Below are positions 1-9,700 of a stretch of 64,000 nucleotides of DNA, piece after piece (within the stretch, counting starts at the first letter, position 1; each line of letters opens with the position of its first letter). The stretch covers positions 9,725 through 73,724 of IMG/VR virus record IMGVR_UViG_3300006931_000005. The stretch is one strand, 5' to 3'. This stretch comes from a virus. The notes beneath the pieces were generated by a model. That model had not been told where the DNA came from, searched no databases, and saw nothing but the letters and a program-made list of their open reading frames with translations. The position numbers and the translations under genes were made by a program.

Positions 1-72
1 CCCATGCTGTACCCGCTCGTTTTCAAACCTCAAGCGCCACATGGAAACGAAGCATCCTGAAGTTAGCAAGGC

Positions 73-1002
73 ATGAAGCTCCTGATCGTAGATGGCAGCA
101 ACATCGTGATGCGTGCCTCGTTCGGTGGAAAGATTGATCCCGCGCAATCCACACCGACAGCCATGGGCATGATCGACCGCGCTTACCGCGATCTTGAAGC
201 CACGCATCTCGTGATCGTGTTCGACTGCCCGGATTTTCCGACGTGGCGCAAAAAGCTTTACCCGGAATACAAGGCTCACCGCGAGACCGACACGCGGCCA
301 TGGATCGACGCCGCGCTCCGAGACTGGGATCGCTCGAAGCAATGGATTGAAGTAGCCGCAGGCTTCGAGGCGGACGACATCATCGCCACCATCGCCGAAC
401 ACGCGAAGCAAATGTGCGAAGTCTTGGTGCTCTCCAGCGATTCCGATCTGTTCCAAATTTCCTGCCCGGAAGTTTGCGTGTGCCGTCCGGTGAATGGTGG
501 CGGAGTATCGGCAATGACGGAGGACATGATCTGCGAGCGGTACGGCATCGGCTACCCGGAGCTCATCGTGGACTTCAAGGCTCTGACTGGCGAGGACGGC
601 GACAATGTGCCGGGCGTCGAAGGCATCGGAGCGGTCAAAGCCGCGCAGCTTTTGAAAGCCTACGGCACGCTGGAGGATGTCATCAAGGCCGGGCAATCGA
701 AGTCATGCAAGGGATCAACCAAGGTGGCGGAGGCCGCTGAAACGGCCCGGCTCGCCCATCGGTTGATCTCTTTGGACAAAGCAGCGCCAGTCGTGAACTT
801 GCTGTTGAAGCTTTTTTGTTTGAGCGAAAATTTCAAGCTCGCGCAGGATCAGTATCCAATGACGCTGCCGGAGCAGCGTGAGTACATTTACACTTTTCAG
901 GAGCGGCTTGGAATTCTTGGCGCGGATCGCAACCCGACGGACGATCAGATTATTATTGCGAAGCTCGACGCCCAAGCGGTGATTGAGAAAATGAGATTAT
1001 GA
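73..1002 (+). CDS. 5'-3' exonuclease / flap endonuclease (Pol I N-terminal, T5 D15-like)
   Basis: Motifs LLIVDGSN, WRKKLYPEYKAHR, FEADDIIAT, SSDSDL, GEDGDNVPGVEGIG (H3TH). Confidence 0.93.
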   Translation: MKLLIVDGSNIVMRASFGGKIDPAQSTPTAMGMIDRAYRDLEATHLVIVFDCPDFPTWRKKLYPEYKAHRETDTRPWIDAALRDWDRSKQWIEVAAGFEADDIIATIAEHAKQMCEVLVLSSDSDLFQISCPEVCVCRPVNGGGVSAMTEDMICERYGIGYPELIVDFKALTGEDGDNVPGVEGIGAVKAAQLLKAYGTLEDVIKAGQSKSCKGSTKVAEAAETARLAHRLISLDKAAPVVNLLLKLFCLSENFKLAQDQYPMTLPEQREYIYTFQERLGILGADRNPTDDQIIIAKLDAQAVIEKMRL

Positions 1003-1217
1003 GCCTGACCCGCGACCTCATTGCAAAAAAGCCTTGGGACTTTGCCGCCGAAGAAAAAAAGCACGCCGGGTGGATCACCATCGCGCAGCGTGTCGTCAAT
1101 GGTGATTACAGCAAGGCGGACGGCTCAACCCGGACAAGCCTCACCATCGGTCTCCGTGGATACCCTGATGACATTTGCCAACGTGCCGTGGAAATTCTGA
1201 AAAAATATGAACGCTAA
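999..1217 (+). CDS. hypothetical protein
   Basis: ATGA overlap with upstream gene. Confidence 0.65.
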   Translation: MSLTRDLIAKKPWDFAAEEKKHAGWITIAQRVVNGDYSKADGSTRTSLTIGLRGYPDDICQRAVEILKKYER

Positions 1218-1509
1218 CGATTACATAAAGCAGGCCGAAAAAATCGAACCTGAAAAAGCGGTGCGGATGGGCCAGCAGTACACGCAGCTCTGGTCAACGT
1301 CCGAAGTGACTTGCCACTGCGGAACAAAGATTCATTTCATGGACGCATTTCGCTGCCTCTACTGTGGCGAGTTTTTTTGCCAGCGGTGTGCCGAGGTTCA
1401 CTTCGGCCAGACGCACCGCGACTGGATGAAGCAAAAGCACCCTGAAGTATTGAAGCAACTAGATGGCGAAGCGATGGTCGAGTATTACAAACACCCGTCA
1501 AGGCCATGA
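1207..1509 (+). CDS. small Zn-finger protein
   Basis: CHC...CLYC...CQRC..H; coupled in operon. Confidence 0.65.
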   Translation: MNANDYIKQAEKIEPEKAVRMGQQYTQLWSTSEVTCHCGTKIHFMDAFRCLYCGEFFCQRCAEVHFGQTHRDWMKQKHPEVLKQLDGEAMVEYYKHPSRP

Positions 1510-2039
1510 TTAGCTTGTTGCAAACCATCCAGAATTATGTTGCAACGAAACTGAACTTGTATAATCTGGATGTCATGCACTCAACTGTTAAAAAAGATAA
1601 AAGGTGGAAGCATGGATTTGCTGTTAAAAAGCAGATCGCTCCAGAGTATAGTTGCTGGGCTACAATGGTTCAGCGTTGCACAAATAAAAAATCAAAGGAT
1701 TATAAATACTACGGAGGGCGCGGCATCAGGGTTTGCAATCGCTGGCGAAATTCATTCGTAAACTTTTTAAAAGACATCGGCAAAAGACCGTCCAAAAAAC
1801 ACTCTCTGGAGCGGAAAGATAATGACGGTCACTATACGCCATCAAACTGCCGCTGGGCAACAAAAGCAGAGCAATCAAGCAATCGTCGAGATAACAGGAT
1901 TTTAACTTACAAAGGCCAGTCAAAAACGATTACGGAATGGGCGCGGTTGACTGGCTCAAAATTTATGATTATTTCAAGGCGCATAGCAAGGGGGTGGAGC
2001 GTTGAAGATGCCCTGACCGAACCAATACAACAGCGATGA
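1506..2039 (+). mobile_element. HNH homing endonuclease (true start may be ATG 1575)
   Basis: [38 protein letters not shown]; AT-richer than flanks; TATAAT at 1560-1565. Confidence 0.88.
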
Positions 2040-2698
2040 GCGTCGAGAATCTAAAAAAAGTTTTCGTGCAGGCGAACGCCAGCGACATGGCTGACGGCAA
2101 GCGGTCGTACCAGCGGTACAACCAGTTGATGCGCCTGATGGGTGAGCAGAACGGATACGATCACACGATTGCCGCCGCAGTGTTCTGCGCCCTGTCTCCG
2201 AACAATGATTTCAACGGCAACCTGCGGGATGCCCGCAACCTCCTGAAAAATCACCGGGCCGGGCGCGGCATTGACGATTTCAAGGTCTCGACTTACGGCA
2301 ACAACAAGCGCAAGGCGTGGGCCATCGTAAACGGCGCTGATCCGCTGGAGTTAATCAAGGCTCCGAAAACGCGCAGCTTTTTTCTGAACGTCTGCGATCC
2401 GACCGACCACAAGCCGGTCACGGTGGACGGCCACATTTACAACTGCTGGAACGGAAAGCGGATGAATCTGATCGGACTCCGCACGCTTGGAAATTACGAC
2501 GAGGTGGCCGAGGGCGTGCGCGAGCTGGCGCGGGAGGAGAACATGGTGCCGTGCGAAATGCAGGGCATCCTCTGGTTCACATGGAAGCGCATCCACGGAA
2601 TTTTGAGCACGCCGCAGATGTCGTTCTGGCACGACGACATGATCCTCGCCGGAATCGGATTTCACCGCACTGAACAATTAACCGCCGCTGTCGCATGA
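2036..2698 (+). CDS. HhH-GPD-like (DNA glycosylase-fold) phage protein
   Basis: ALSPNN..N, PKTRSF..N, VTVDGH, QGILW motif series. Confidence 0.6.
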   Translation: MSVENLKKVFVQANASDMADGKRSYQRYNQLMRLMGEQNGYDHTIAAAVFCALSPNNDFNGNLRDARNLLKNHRAGRGIDDFKVSTYGNNKRKAWAIVNGADPLELIKAPKTRSFFLNVCDPTDHKPVTVDGHIYNCWNGKRMNLIGLRTLGNYDEVAEGVRELAREENMVPCEMQGILWFTWKRIHGILSTPQMSFWHDDMILAGIGFHRTEQLTAAVA

Positions 2699-3246
2699 GA
2701 AAAATTTTTGAAACCAGAATGTACTGGCCGCGCATCCCGCTCGCGCCGGTTGCCCACAAGATTTGCATTTACGAAAACCTTGTGGCGTTCAGGACTGAAA
2801 AAGAGATGGGAACGTACCACGAGAAAAAGTGCTCATCCTGCCCCATCTACCGGAAGTGGAAATGCCCGGTCTGCAACGGCTATCATTTTCTGGCCAAGGA
2901 GATGCCGGGTGCCGGTGGATCATCGGGCACGCAGCGGGAAAATACCATCAAGCTTCCGCGTGCCGAATGGGAGTTTAAAATCAAGCCGCAGGAGCCCGGT
3001 ACGCAGTTCAATGTGATGGTGTTCACCGAGCAGGATCGGGCTAGATTTGGCAAAGATGCCTCCGAAGAAGTTGTGCGCCGACTTGAAGGATACGGCGTAA
3101 AGATTGAGTGGAACAAAGGTCTGCCGATCACGGACGAGCGCGCCACACTGATGTTCGCCACAACTCCGATTCATTACCGGCGCAACGAGGCCGGTGACAT
3201 GATGTACGGCTGGCACGAAAAAGTGGCCGATTTGCAGCCGGTGTGA
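2695..3246 (+). CDS. hypothetical protein with Zn-ribbon
   Basis: CSSC..WKCPVCNGYH; ATGA overlap. Confidence 0.6.
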   Translation: MRKIFETRMYWPRIPLAPVAHKICIYENLVAFRTEKEMGTYHEKKCSSCPIYRKWKCPVCNGYHFLAKEMPGAGGSSGTQRENTIKLPRAEWEFKIKPQEPGTQFNVMVFTEQDRARFGKDASEEVVRRLEGYGVKIEWNKGLPITDERATLMFATTPIHYRRNEAGDMMYGWHEKVADLQPV

Positions 3247-3260
3247 AATCTTGAAATCAG

Positions 3261-3289
3261 TTGACCTCACGGGTTTTGGGTGCTAAGAC
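3261..3289 (+). promoter_or_regulatory. sigma70-like promoter, leaderless mRNA
   Basis: TTGACC-17-TAAGAC with TG extension; ATG 3296 follows 6 nt later. Confidence 0.6.
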
Positions 3290-3295
3290 AGCACT

Positions 3296-3514
3296 ATGGC
3301 AGCAACGGATAAAGATCGTTTGGCCCGGCGTTCGGACATCAGCGGCGTCCAGCCAGTGCCGGAGATCAAGTTTCCGAAGCTTCCGGCGAGGATAGTTCAG
3401 ATTGATCCAGAGGGTTGCAAGCAGTACCAGCAGCAGCTCGATCAGGTTTTTAACGACTGGATTCAAAAGCTGAACAATGTAACAGCCGGGCTTGCAGGCC
3501 AAATAAAACCGTGA
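3296..3514 (+). CDS. small virion-operon protein
   Basis: First ORF after promoter; GTGA overlap with next gene. Confidence 0.65.
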   Translation: MAATDKDRLARRSDISGVQPVPEIKFPKLPARIVQIDPEGCKQYQQQLDQVFNDWIQKLNNVTAGLAGQIKP

Positions 3515-5652
3515 AACTTTACTCTGCACTCGATACCCCGGCGCTCAATGGGACTACCCAGACACCGATCCGGGATTTGACCGGGAGGATCACCGGATAT
3601 TCAACCAATGGCACCGGCATCTCGACGCCGCTCTATGGCGCATCTCCAGTTAAACCGACCCGCGCCAAGCCACAGCAAAATTCCGAGGGCAAGTGGATCG
3701 ACACGAGCACGGGTATGCCGTATCACGGAACGTACACCGACGAGTCGGGCCGCACGCAGTATTACTCGAACGGCCAACAGGTGAGCAACGCGGCGGATGT
3801 CGGCATCCAGCAGCAGCCTTTCAGCGTTGAGCGCACGCCGAAAAATCCAACGATCAGCGGTGCCATCGACCAGCTCCAGTCGGAAATCCCGAACACCGGC
3901 CTGATGTCGAAGTCGTTCCAGAATTATTTGTCCGAGGCCAGCCGCGTGAACGCCGATGCGAAAGGCCAGCTCGCCAAAGATCAGGCCGCATACGACACGA
4001 CCAGCACCGAGAACCGGCTGAACAACGACGTGGCATCGCAGTCGGATGCGCTGCTCGCCAACAACCGGAATTACGAGCTTGGACAAAATCAGGTTTTGAA
4101 CGATGTCGGCGCGGCCACCCGGAATTACACGGGCGACCTTACCACCTCGCTCGCCGGGCTGGAAAAAGGCACGGCGCTCACCGCAGACCAGTTGCGGAAG
4201 AACAACGCCGATTATGCAGCGAATCAAAATAATGTTCAGGCGGATGTCGCCAATCAGACCCGTGATTACACGGCTGGCGAACAGTCGCGCATCAACGATC
4301 TCAATCAGCGGGCGGCGACAACCGATGCCAATATGCGTGCGAACAACGCGCAGTATTCCACGCAGCAGCACAATGTTCAGGGTGAGATCGCCGGACAGAA
4401 CCAGACCTATTCGACCACGGTGGCTGATCGGCTGAACAAGCTGAAGTCCGATCTCGATACGCAGAACGCGCAGTACGAGAAGGCTTCGCAGGCCGTCGCG
4501 GATCAGGCGTATGGCGCGGCCCAGAAGCGGAATGATCTTTACCAGTTGACGAGCGGCACGCCGACCTCCGGCAGCGGCAACCTCGACAACCGGTACATCA
4601 AGGCTTATCAGGACATCAACATCCCGCTGCAACAGCAGCTCGCGGATCGCCGCTATCAGCAGGTCAACCAGCTCGATGCCGCGCACGCCGGGGCGGACGC
4701 GCAGAATTATCAAAACCTGATGTCGCAGTACGCGGGTGAATCCGCGCTCAACTCCGACCTATCCAATCGCGGTATGTCGCTGGAGCAATACCTTTCCAGT
4801 TTGTACGGCCAGAACTACAACGCGAACGAGAACGCGGGCCACAACATTTACGGCGCGAATCTTTCCGTGGACGCCGGGGCCAGCGCGTTGAATTCCGATC
4901 TGGCAAACCGCTCTACGAGCCTCGACCAGTATCTCCAGAGCCTTGGCACGCAGAACTACGGTGCCGAGACTTCCACTGCCGGTGCTGTGAACAACGCCCG
5001 GCTCGGCCTTGCCAGCACGACGGCTGGAATGAATACGGATTTTGCGAACCGCAACGCGGACACTACGAAGTATCTGGCCACGACCGACGCGCAAACTGCA
5101 TCGCAGATTCAGGCGCTCCGGGTGCAGACCGCAGGAATGTCCCGCGCTGCCGCCGCCAGCTATCTCCAGCAGCTCGCCGTGCCGACGCAGATGGCGCAGC
5201 AGGTCTTGGGCAACGACATCGCCAACCAGAGCGCAGTGCAAGGTCTCGACGAGCGGGCGAACGCCTACACGTTCAACACGCCCTACGACGCTTCCCGCGT
5301 TCCGGCTTCGCCCGGATTTTCTGCGGTCGCACCGCGCAGCTACACGGCCACCTCCGGCGTGAACAACGGCCCGGTGTCCGGGAATTTGAACAGCCTGCCT
5401 TCGGGCTACACCGATACCGCAAGCAGCGGTCAGGTTGGAGCCGCTGGCGCAAATGGCTGGGTGCAGGGATCGGATGGAAATTATTATGTGCCCGATGCCA
5501 CGCAGAAAACCGGCTACCGGCTGGTTTGGCAGAAGCCCGCGACTTTGGGTGGCCCTTACAATGGTAACACCTACAACGTCGGTGGCCGCACCTACAACTA
5601 CGGTGAACCTGACAGCGGCAGCGGTGTCATTGATTACGGAGTACGCGCATGA
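3511..5652 (+). CDS. putative ejection / DNA pilot protein with 47-aa repeats
   Basis: Q/N/A/S-rich helical sequence, 141-nt periodic repeats, position before other internal virion genes. Confidence 0.65.
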   Translation: MKLYSALDTPALNGTTQTPIRDLTGRITGYSTNGTGISTPLYGASPVKPTRAKPQQNSEGKWIDTSTGMPYHGTYTDESGRTQYYSNGQQVSNAADVGIQQQPFSVERTPKNPTISGAIDQLQSEIPNTGLMSKSFQNYLSEASRVNADAKGQLAKDQAAYDTTSTENRLNNDVASQSDALLANNRNYELGQNQVLNDVGAATRNYTGDLTTSLAGLEKGTALTADQLRKNNADYAANQNNVQADVANQTRDYTAGEQSRINDLNQRAATTDANMRANNAQYSTQQHNVQGEIAGQNQTYSTTVADRLNKLKSDLDTQNAQYEKASQAVADQAYGAAQKRNDLYQLTSGTPTSGSGNLDNRYIKAYQDINIPLQQQLADRRYQQVNQLDAAHAGADAQNYQNLMSQYAGESALNSDLSNRGMSLEQYLSSLYGQNYNANENAGHNIYGANLSVDAGASALNSDLANRSTSLDQYLQSLGTQNYGAETSTAGAVNNARLGLASTTAGMNTDFANRNADTTKYLATTDAQTASQIQALRVQTAGMSRAAAASYLQQLAVPTQMAQQVLGNDIANQSAVQGLDERANAYTFNTPYDASRVPASPGFSAVAPRSYTATSGVNNGPVSGNLNSLPSGYTDTASSGQVGAAGANGWVQGSDGNYYVPDATQKTGYRLVWQKPATLGGPYNGNTYNVGGRTYNYGEPDSGSGVIDYGVRA

Positions 5653-6740
5653 TTCTCTACGCATCATCTCCTGATGGGGTCGCCCAGCAGCAGAATTACT
5701 ACGACCAGCTCCGAATGAACGCGGAGCAGAACAATGCCGCACGCTTCGACGCGGCACAGGCCCGTGCGCTTCAGGCCACCCTTCAGCAACGTGAATCCGA
5801 CCGGCGCTCGCAGGATGCCGCCGATACCTCCGCAGAGCAAGCTGACCAGTTCAACCAGCGTCTTGCCTTCGAGGGTCAGCAAGGTGATCTGAACCGCGCT
5901 TCACACGAGAAGGACGTGAACACGCAGTACAGCTCGACGCACGCCGACCGGCAGGATGCGATCAATCAGCGCGATTTCGAGCAGGCTCAAAAGCTGGCCA
6001 TGGCTGGTCAGATTCCGCAGACCGAGGAGAAGGTTGCCTCGCTGTATCCGAATTTCAGCAAAGACCAGATCAAAGTTTTGGCGGCGGCAAGCTCGCAGCA
6101 CGCCTTCGACCGTTTCGGCACCGCTCTCGATATGTCGATCCGCGCCGGTAATCCGTTGCCGCTTGAAGCCGTCTCCAAGATCGTCAACCCGGACTCTCCG
6201 ATGTACAAGGACGCGATTGATTTTCGCACCGAAAAACTCGCGCCGTTCGTCCAGCAGTTCAAGACCGGTGAGGACAAGGCCCGCAAGGGAAATTTAGCAG
6301 CAAAGATTCAGGCTGATACCGAGGCTGCACCGCTTCCGACTTCATTGAGCGCCAATACCCCTATGTGGGCTGGCGGTTATGCAAATCCTATCAACTGGGG
6401 TATTCGGCTCGGCGAGCATTTGTTCCCGGATATTACCCCAGATAATACAATCCAGCCTCGTGGCGACTGGCAGACGCGGGCTCCGTCGATTGTTTCATCG
6501 CTCCGCGCTGGGAATGATCCGGCTGTAACCACAGACGTTACAACTGGAAAATTTGTGAACACGATGCTCAATCCGAACGGTGGCCCGCAAGCACCGGAGC
6601 CGATTGTTCCGCCGATCCAGCCCGGCCCGGTCGCTCCTGTCCCCGGCGTTCCGACGGTCACAACTCAAGCCCAATTTGATGCGCTGCCCAGCGGTGCCAT
6701 TTACATTGGAAAAAACGGTAAGCAATTTCGCAAGCCATGA
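5649..6740 (+). CDS. putative internal virion (ejection) protein
   Basis: Q/A-rich coiled N-terminus; C-terminal PTVTTQAQFDALPSGAIYIGKNGKQFRKP of the kind seen in podophage ejection proteins. Confidence 0.65.
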   Translation: MILYASSPDGVAQQQNYYDQLRMNAEQNNAARFDAAQARALQATLQQRESDRRSQDAADTSAEQADQFNQRLAFEGQQGDLNRASHEKDVNTQYSSTHADRQDAINQRDFEQAQKLAMAGQIPQTEEKVASLYPNFSKDQIKVLAAASSQHAFDRFGTALDMSIRAGNPLPLEAVSKIVNPDSPMYKDAIDFRTEKLAPFVQQFKTGEDKARKGNLAAKIQADTEAAPLPTSLSANTPMWAGGYANPINWGIRLGEHLFPDITPDNTIQPRGDWQTRAPSIVSSLRAGNDPAVTTDVTTGKFVNTMLNPNGGPQAPEPIVPPIQPGPVAPVPGVPTVTTQAQFDALPSGAIYIGKNGKQFRKP

Positions 6741-9700
6741 AGCAAGATGATTTTGGCGGCATCGCATTGGACGATCCACAATCATCTGACGAATTTGGTG
6801 GTGTACCGTTGGCACCTTCCACATCGACAGATGAATTCGGTGGGGCACCTTTAACTTCACCGGCTCCGATTCAAGTCCCGGCGCAGAGCCAGCCGATGCC
6901 GGAGCCGATTCCATTCAAAAACCCGGACATCATCGCGCCCGCGCCGGAAGCGCCGTCGATCCCCGGCGTCTTGGCCCGCAGCGCGGCCAGAAATGTTCTG
7001 CCGACCGCAGGATTTATTGCGGCTGCGCCAGTCGGTCGCTTGGCCGGTGCTGCTGCTGGTGCCCGCACTGGCGCTCTGCTTGGAGCTCTGGTGCCCGGTC
7101 TTGGTGAAACTGGCGTCAGTGAGGGCGTTGGCGCAGTGATTGGTGGCCTTATCGGTATGTTCGCCACTGGAACAGCGGCGGCAACTGCAACGAAAGCACT
7201 TCAGACTGGCGCTGCCGATTACGTCGCACCAGATTCTTTCCTTGGAACGAAGTCGGAGCAGGCGGATATGGCGGCACATCCCATCGCCAGTGAGCTGGGA
7301 AGCCTTGCCGTCATCGGAAAACCGAATCCGTTCAACATCATCCGGGCTGCACGCACCATCGGGTCGGATACCGGACGCGCAGCACTCGCCGATCTGTTGA
7401 AAACTGGCGCGACCAAGGGCGGCTATCAGGAATGGGCCAAGACTTACTCGCCAGAGGTGCAAAAATCTGCTGTCAACGTGCTCAACGTCGCGCAGGCGGG
7501 CGGCATCAACGCGGCTTTCAATGTGTACGACCAGATCAAATCTGGAAATTACAGCGCGGGCGACCTTTTACGGTCGGCGGCGGAGGGCGCTTTGTTCAAT
7601 GAGCCTTGGATTCACGCAAAAAATCCTGCGACCGACTCGTTTGATTCCGCACTGACACCCGAACAGGCCACGGAAGCGAATAAAAACCTCCGGGCGTTGA
7701 GCCCGTACCCGGAAACCGGGACGCCGACGAACATCTCGAAGGGGATCGTGGCCGTTCCGGTCGGTCAGCGGACGCATATCATCCAAGTGAACGGTCAGGA
7801 CGCCGCCGTTTTGAAGCACGTCGATGGCGCGGACTTTCAGAAGGCGCAGGACGATGCTGGCGCGTCCGGGTGGGACGGATATTTTCTTAAAAAAGACCCG
7901 GAGAGCGGCAATCCGACGATCTACATCAACATGGATCACCTGAACCGTCAGGATTCCCTGTTCACGCACGAGTCAACGCATTTGCTGGAGGCCATGGGGC
8001 TCATCAACCAGCAGCAGATGGACGCCGTGAACACGACCTACGGCCAGATCAAGGTCAAGGACGCCGACGGAAATGAATTGCCCATCGCTCAAGAGGTGGC
8101 GAACCGTTACGCGAAATTTAATCAGGACAACAGCCGACCGGATCAGACGCCGGAAGATTTTCAGCGCGAACTTTTCGCCAACATCCTGCAACACTGGCAT
8201 GAAACCGGGACTGCGCCGAAAGACACCTTCATCAAGCGGGCGATTGATTTCATTTCCGGCATTGCCGGGCTCGATAAATCGGGCGAACAGCACGCGAGAG
8301 ACTATATCGCTGGCCGTTTTGAGAAGGCACCTGAAGAAGCCGGAGCTCCGGCGACCGCCGATCTTGTTCCGGCTGGCGCAGCGAGCGCGGCTCCTTTGCC
8401 AAATTTGGCATTTGACAAAAATCCTGTTCCGTCGCAGGCTACGGGTGATGTCAGACAAGCCGAAGAACGAGCAGGAGCCGGAGTACCACCGCCCGCCGAA
8501 GGGGTGGAAGCCGGGAGGCCCGCCGTTGGTGCTCCGCCCGCCCGCCCCGGTGCCGAGCCCAACGCCGCCGTCCAGCAAGCCGCCAATGCCTACAACGAAG
8601 CCGTAGGTCTCGGCCCAACGCAGCCGCATTACGTCCCGGTGGACGAGGCCCGTGCCCGCCAGATCGCCGCCGAGTACGAGAAGCTTCCGAAAACCGACCA
8701 GTCTCCGCAGACCCTTGCGTCCTACGAACAGCTTGGCAAGGAAATCCAGCAGCAGTGGGATTATGCCCGGAACAAAATGGGCATCACGTTCGAGGCTTGG
8801 ACGAAAGAGGGCCAGCCCTACGCGAATTCCCGCGAGATGGTGAAGGATGTCCGGGACAATCATCACCTTTATTTTTTCACAGGCGGCGATGAGCATCCGC
8901 TGCTCAACGTCAAGGACGCTGACGGGCTCACGCTCAATGACAAGCTCCGGGCTGTCCATGACCTGTTCGGTCATGCGGCGGAAGATTTTCAATTCGGCGC
9001 ACGCGGCGAGGAAAATGCGTGGATCAAGCACAGCCAGATGTTCACTCCCCTCGCGCAGAAGGCGCTGACGACCGAGACCCGTGGCCAAAACTCGTGGGTG
9101 AATTACGGGCCGCACAATTACGAGGCGACCGGTGCCCGGAGAAACATCAAGCCGCAGGATCGTCCGTTTGCGGATCAAAAAGTTGCCCTGCTCCCTGACT
9201 GGGTGCATGATTGGAAAGGCCCGTTAAATGAAAACCAAAAAGCACAGTTCAGCGTCCCGAAACAAGCGCCCGATTTCACCGACCTCCAGTGGTGGAAGCG
9301 TGACAAATCCGAACCGGATGCAGGCGCTCGTGAATCTGGCGCTCCAAGAACTATCGCAGGTAATCCCCGCGAGCTCGCCCCCGGCGAACGCGACGGCAAA
9401 GTAACACTCACGCACTGGTCGAACTTCGACCTTCACGGAAAGGCGATTGATCCGAATTTTTACGGCTCCGGTTATGCCGGTGAGGAAAAAGGCCGTCGGG
9501 TTTTCAAAAAGTCTTGGCTGAACCGCAGCTATTTTGGAATGAAGGGCTACGTCAAAGAAGGTGGCCTTGGCCGATTCAAGCACAGCGTCACGGTGGACGT
9601 GAACAAGCTCTACGACCTGAAGAATGATCCCGACCGGCTGGGTGAAAAAGTCGGCGCGATCTCCGACCGGCTGTATCCGAAGGGTGGCACGCAAGCCGAT

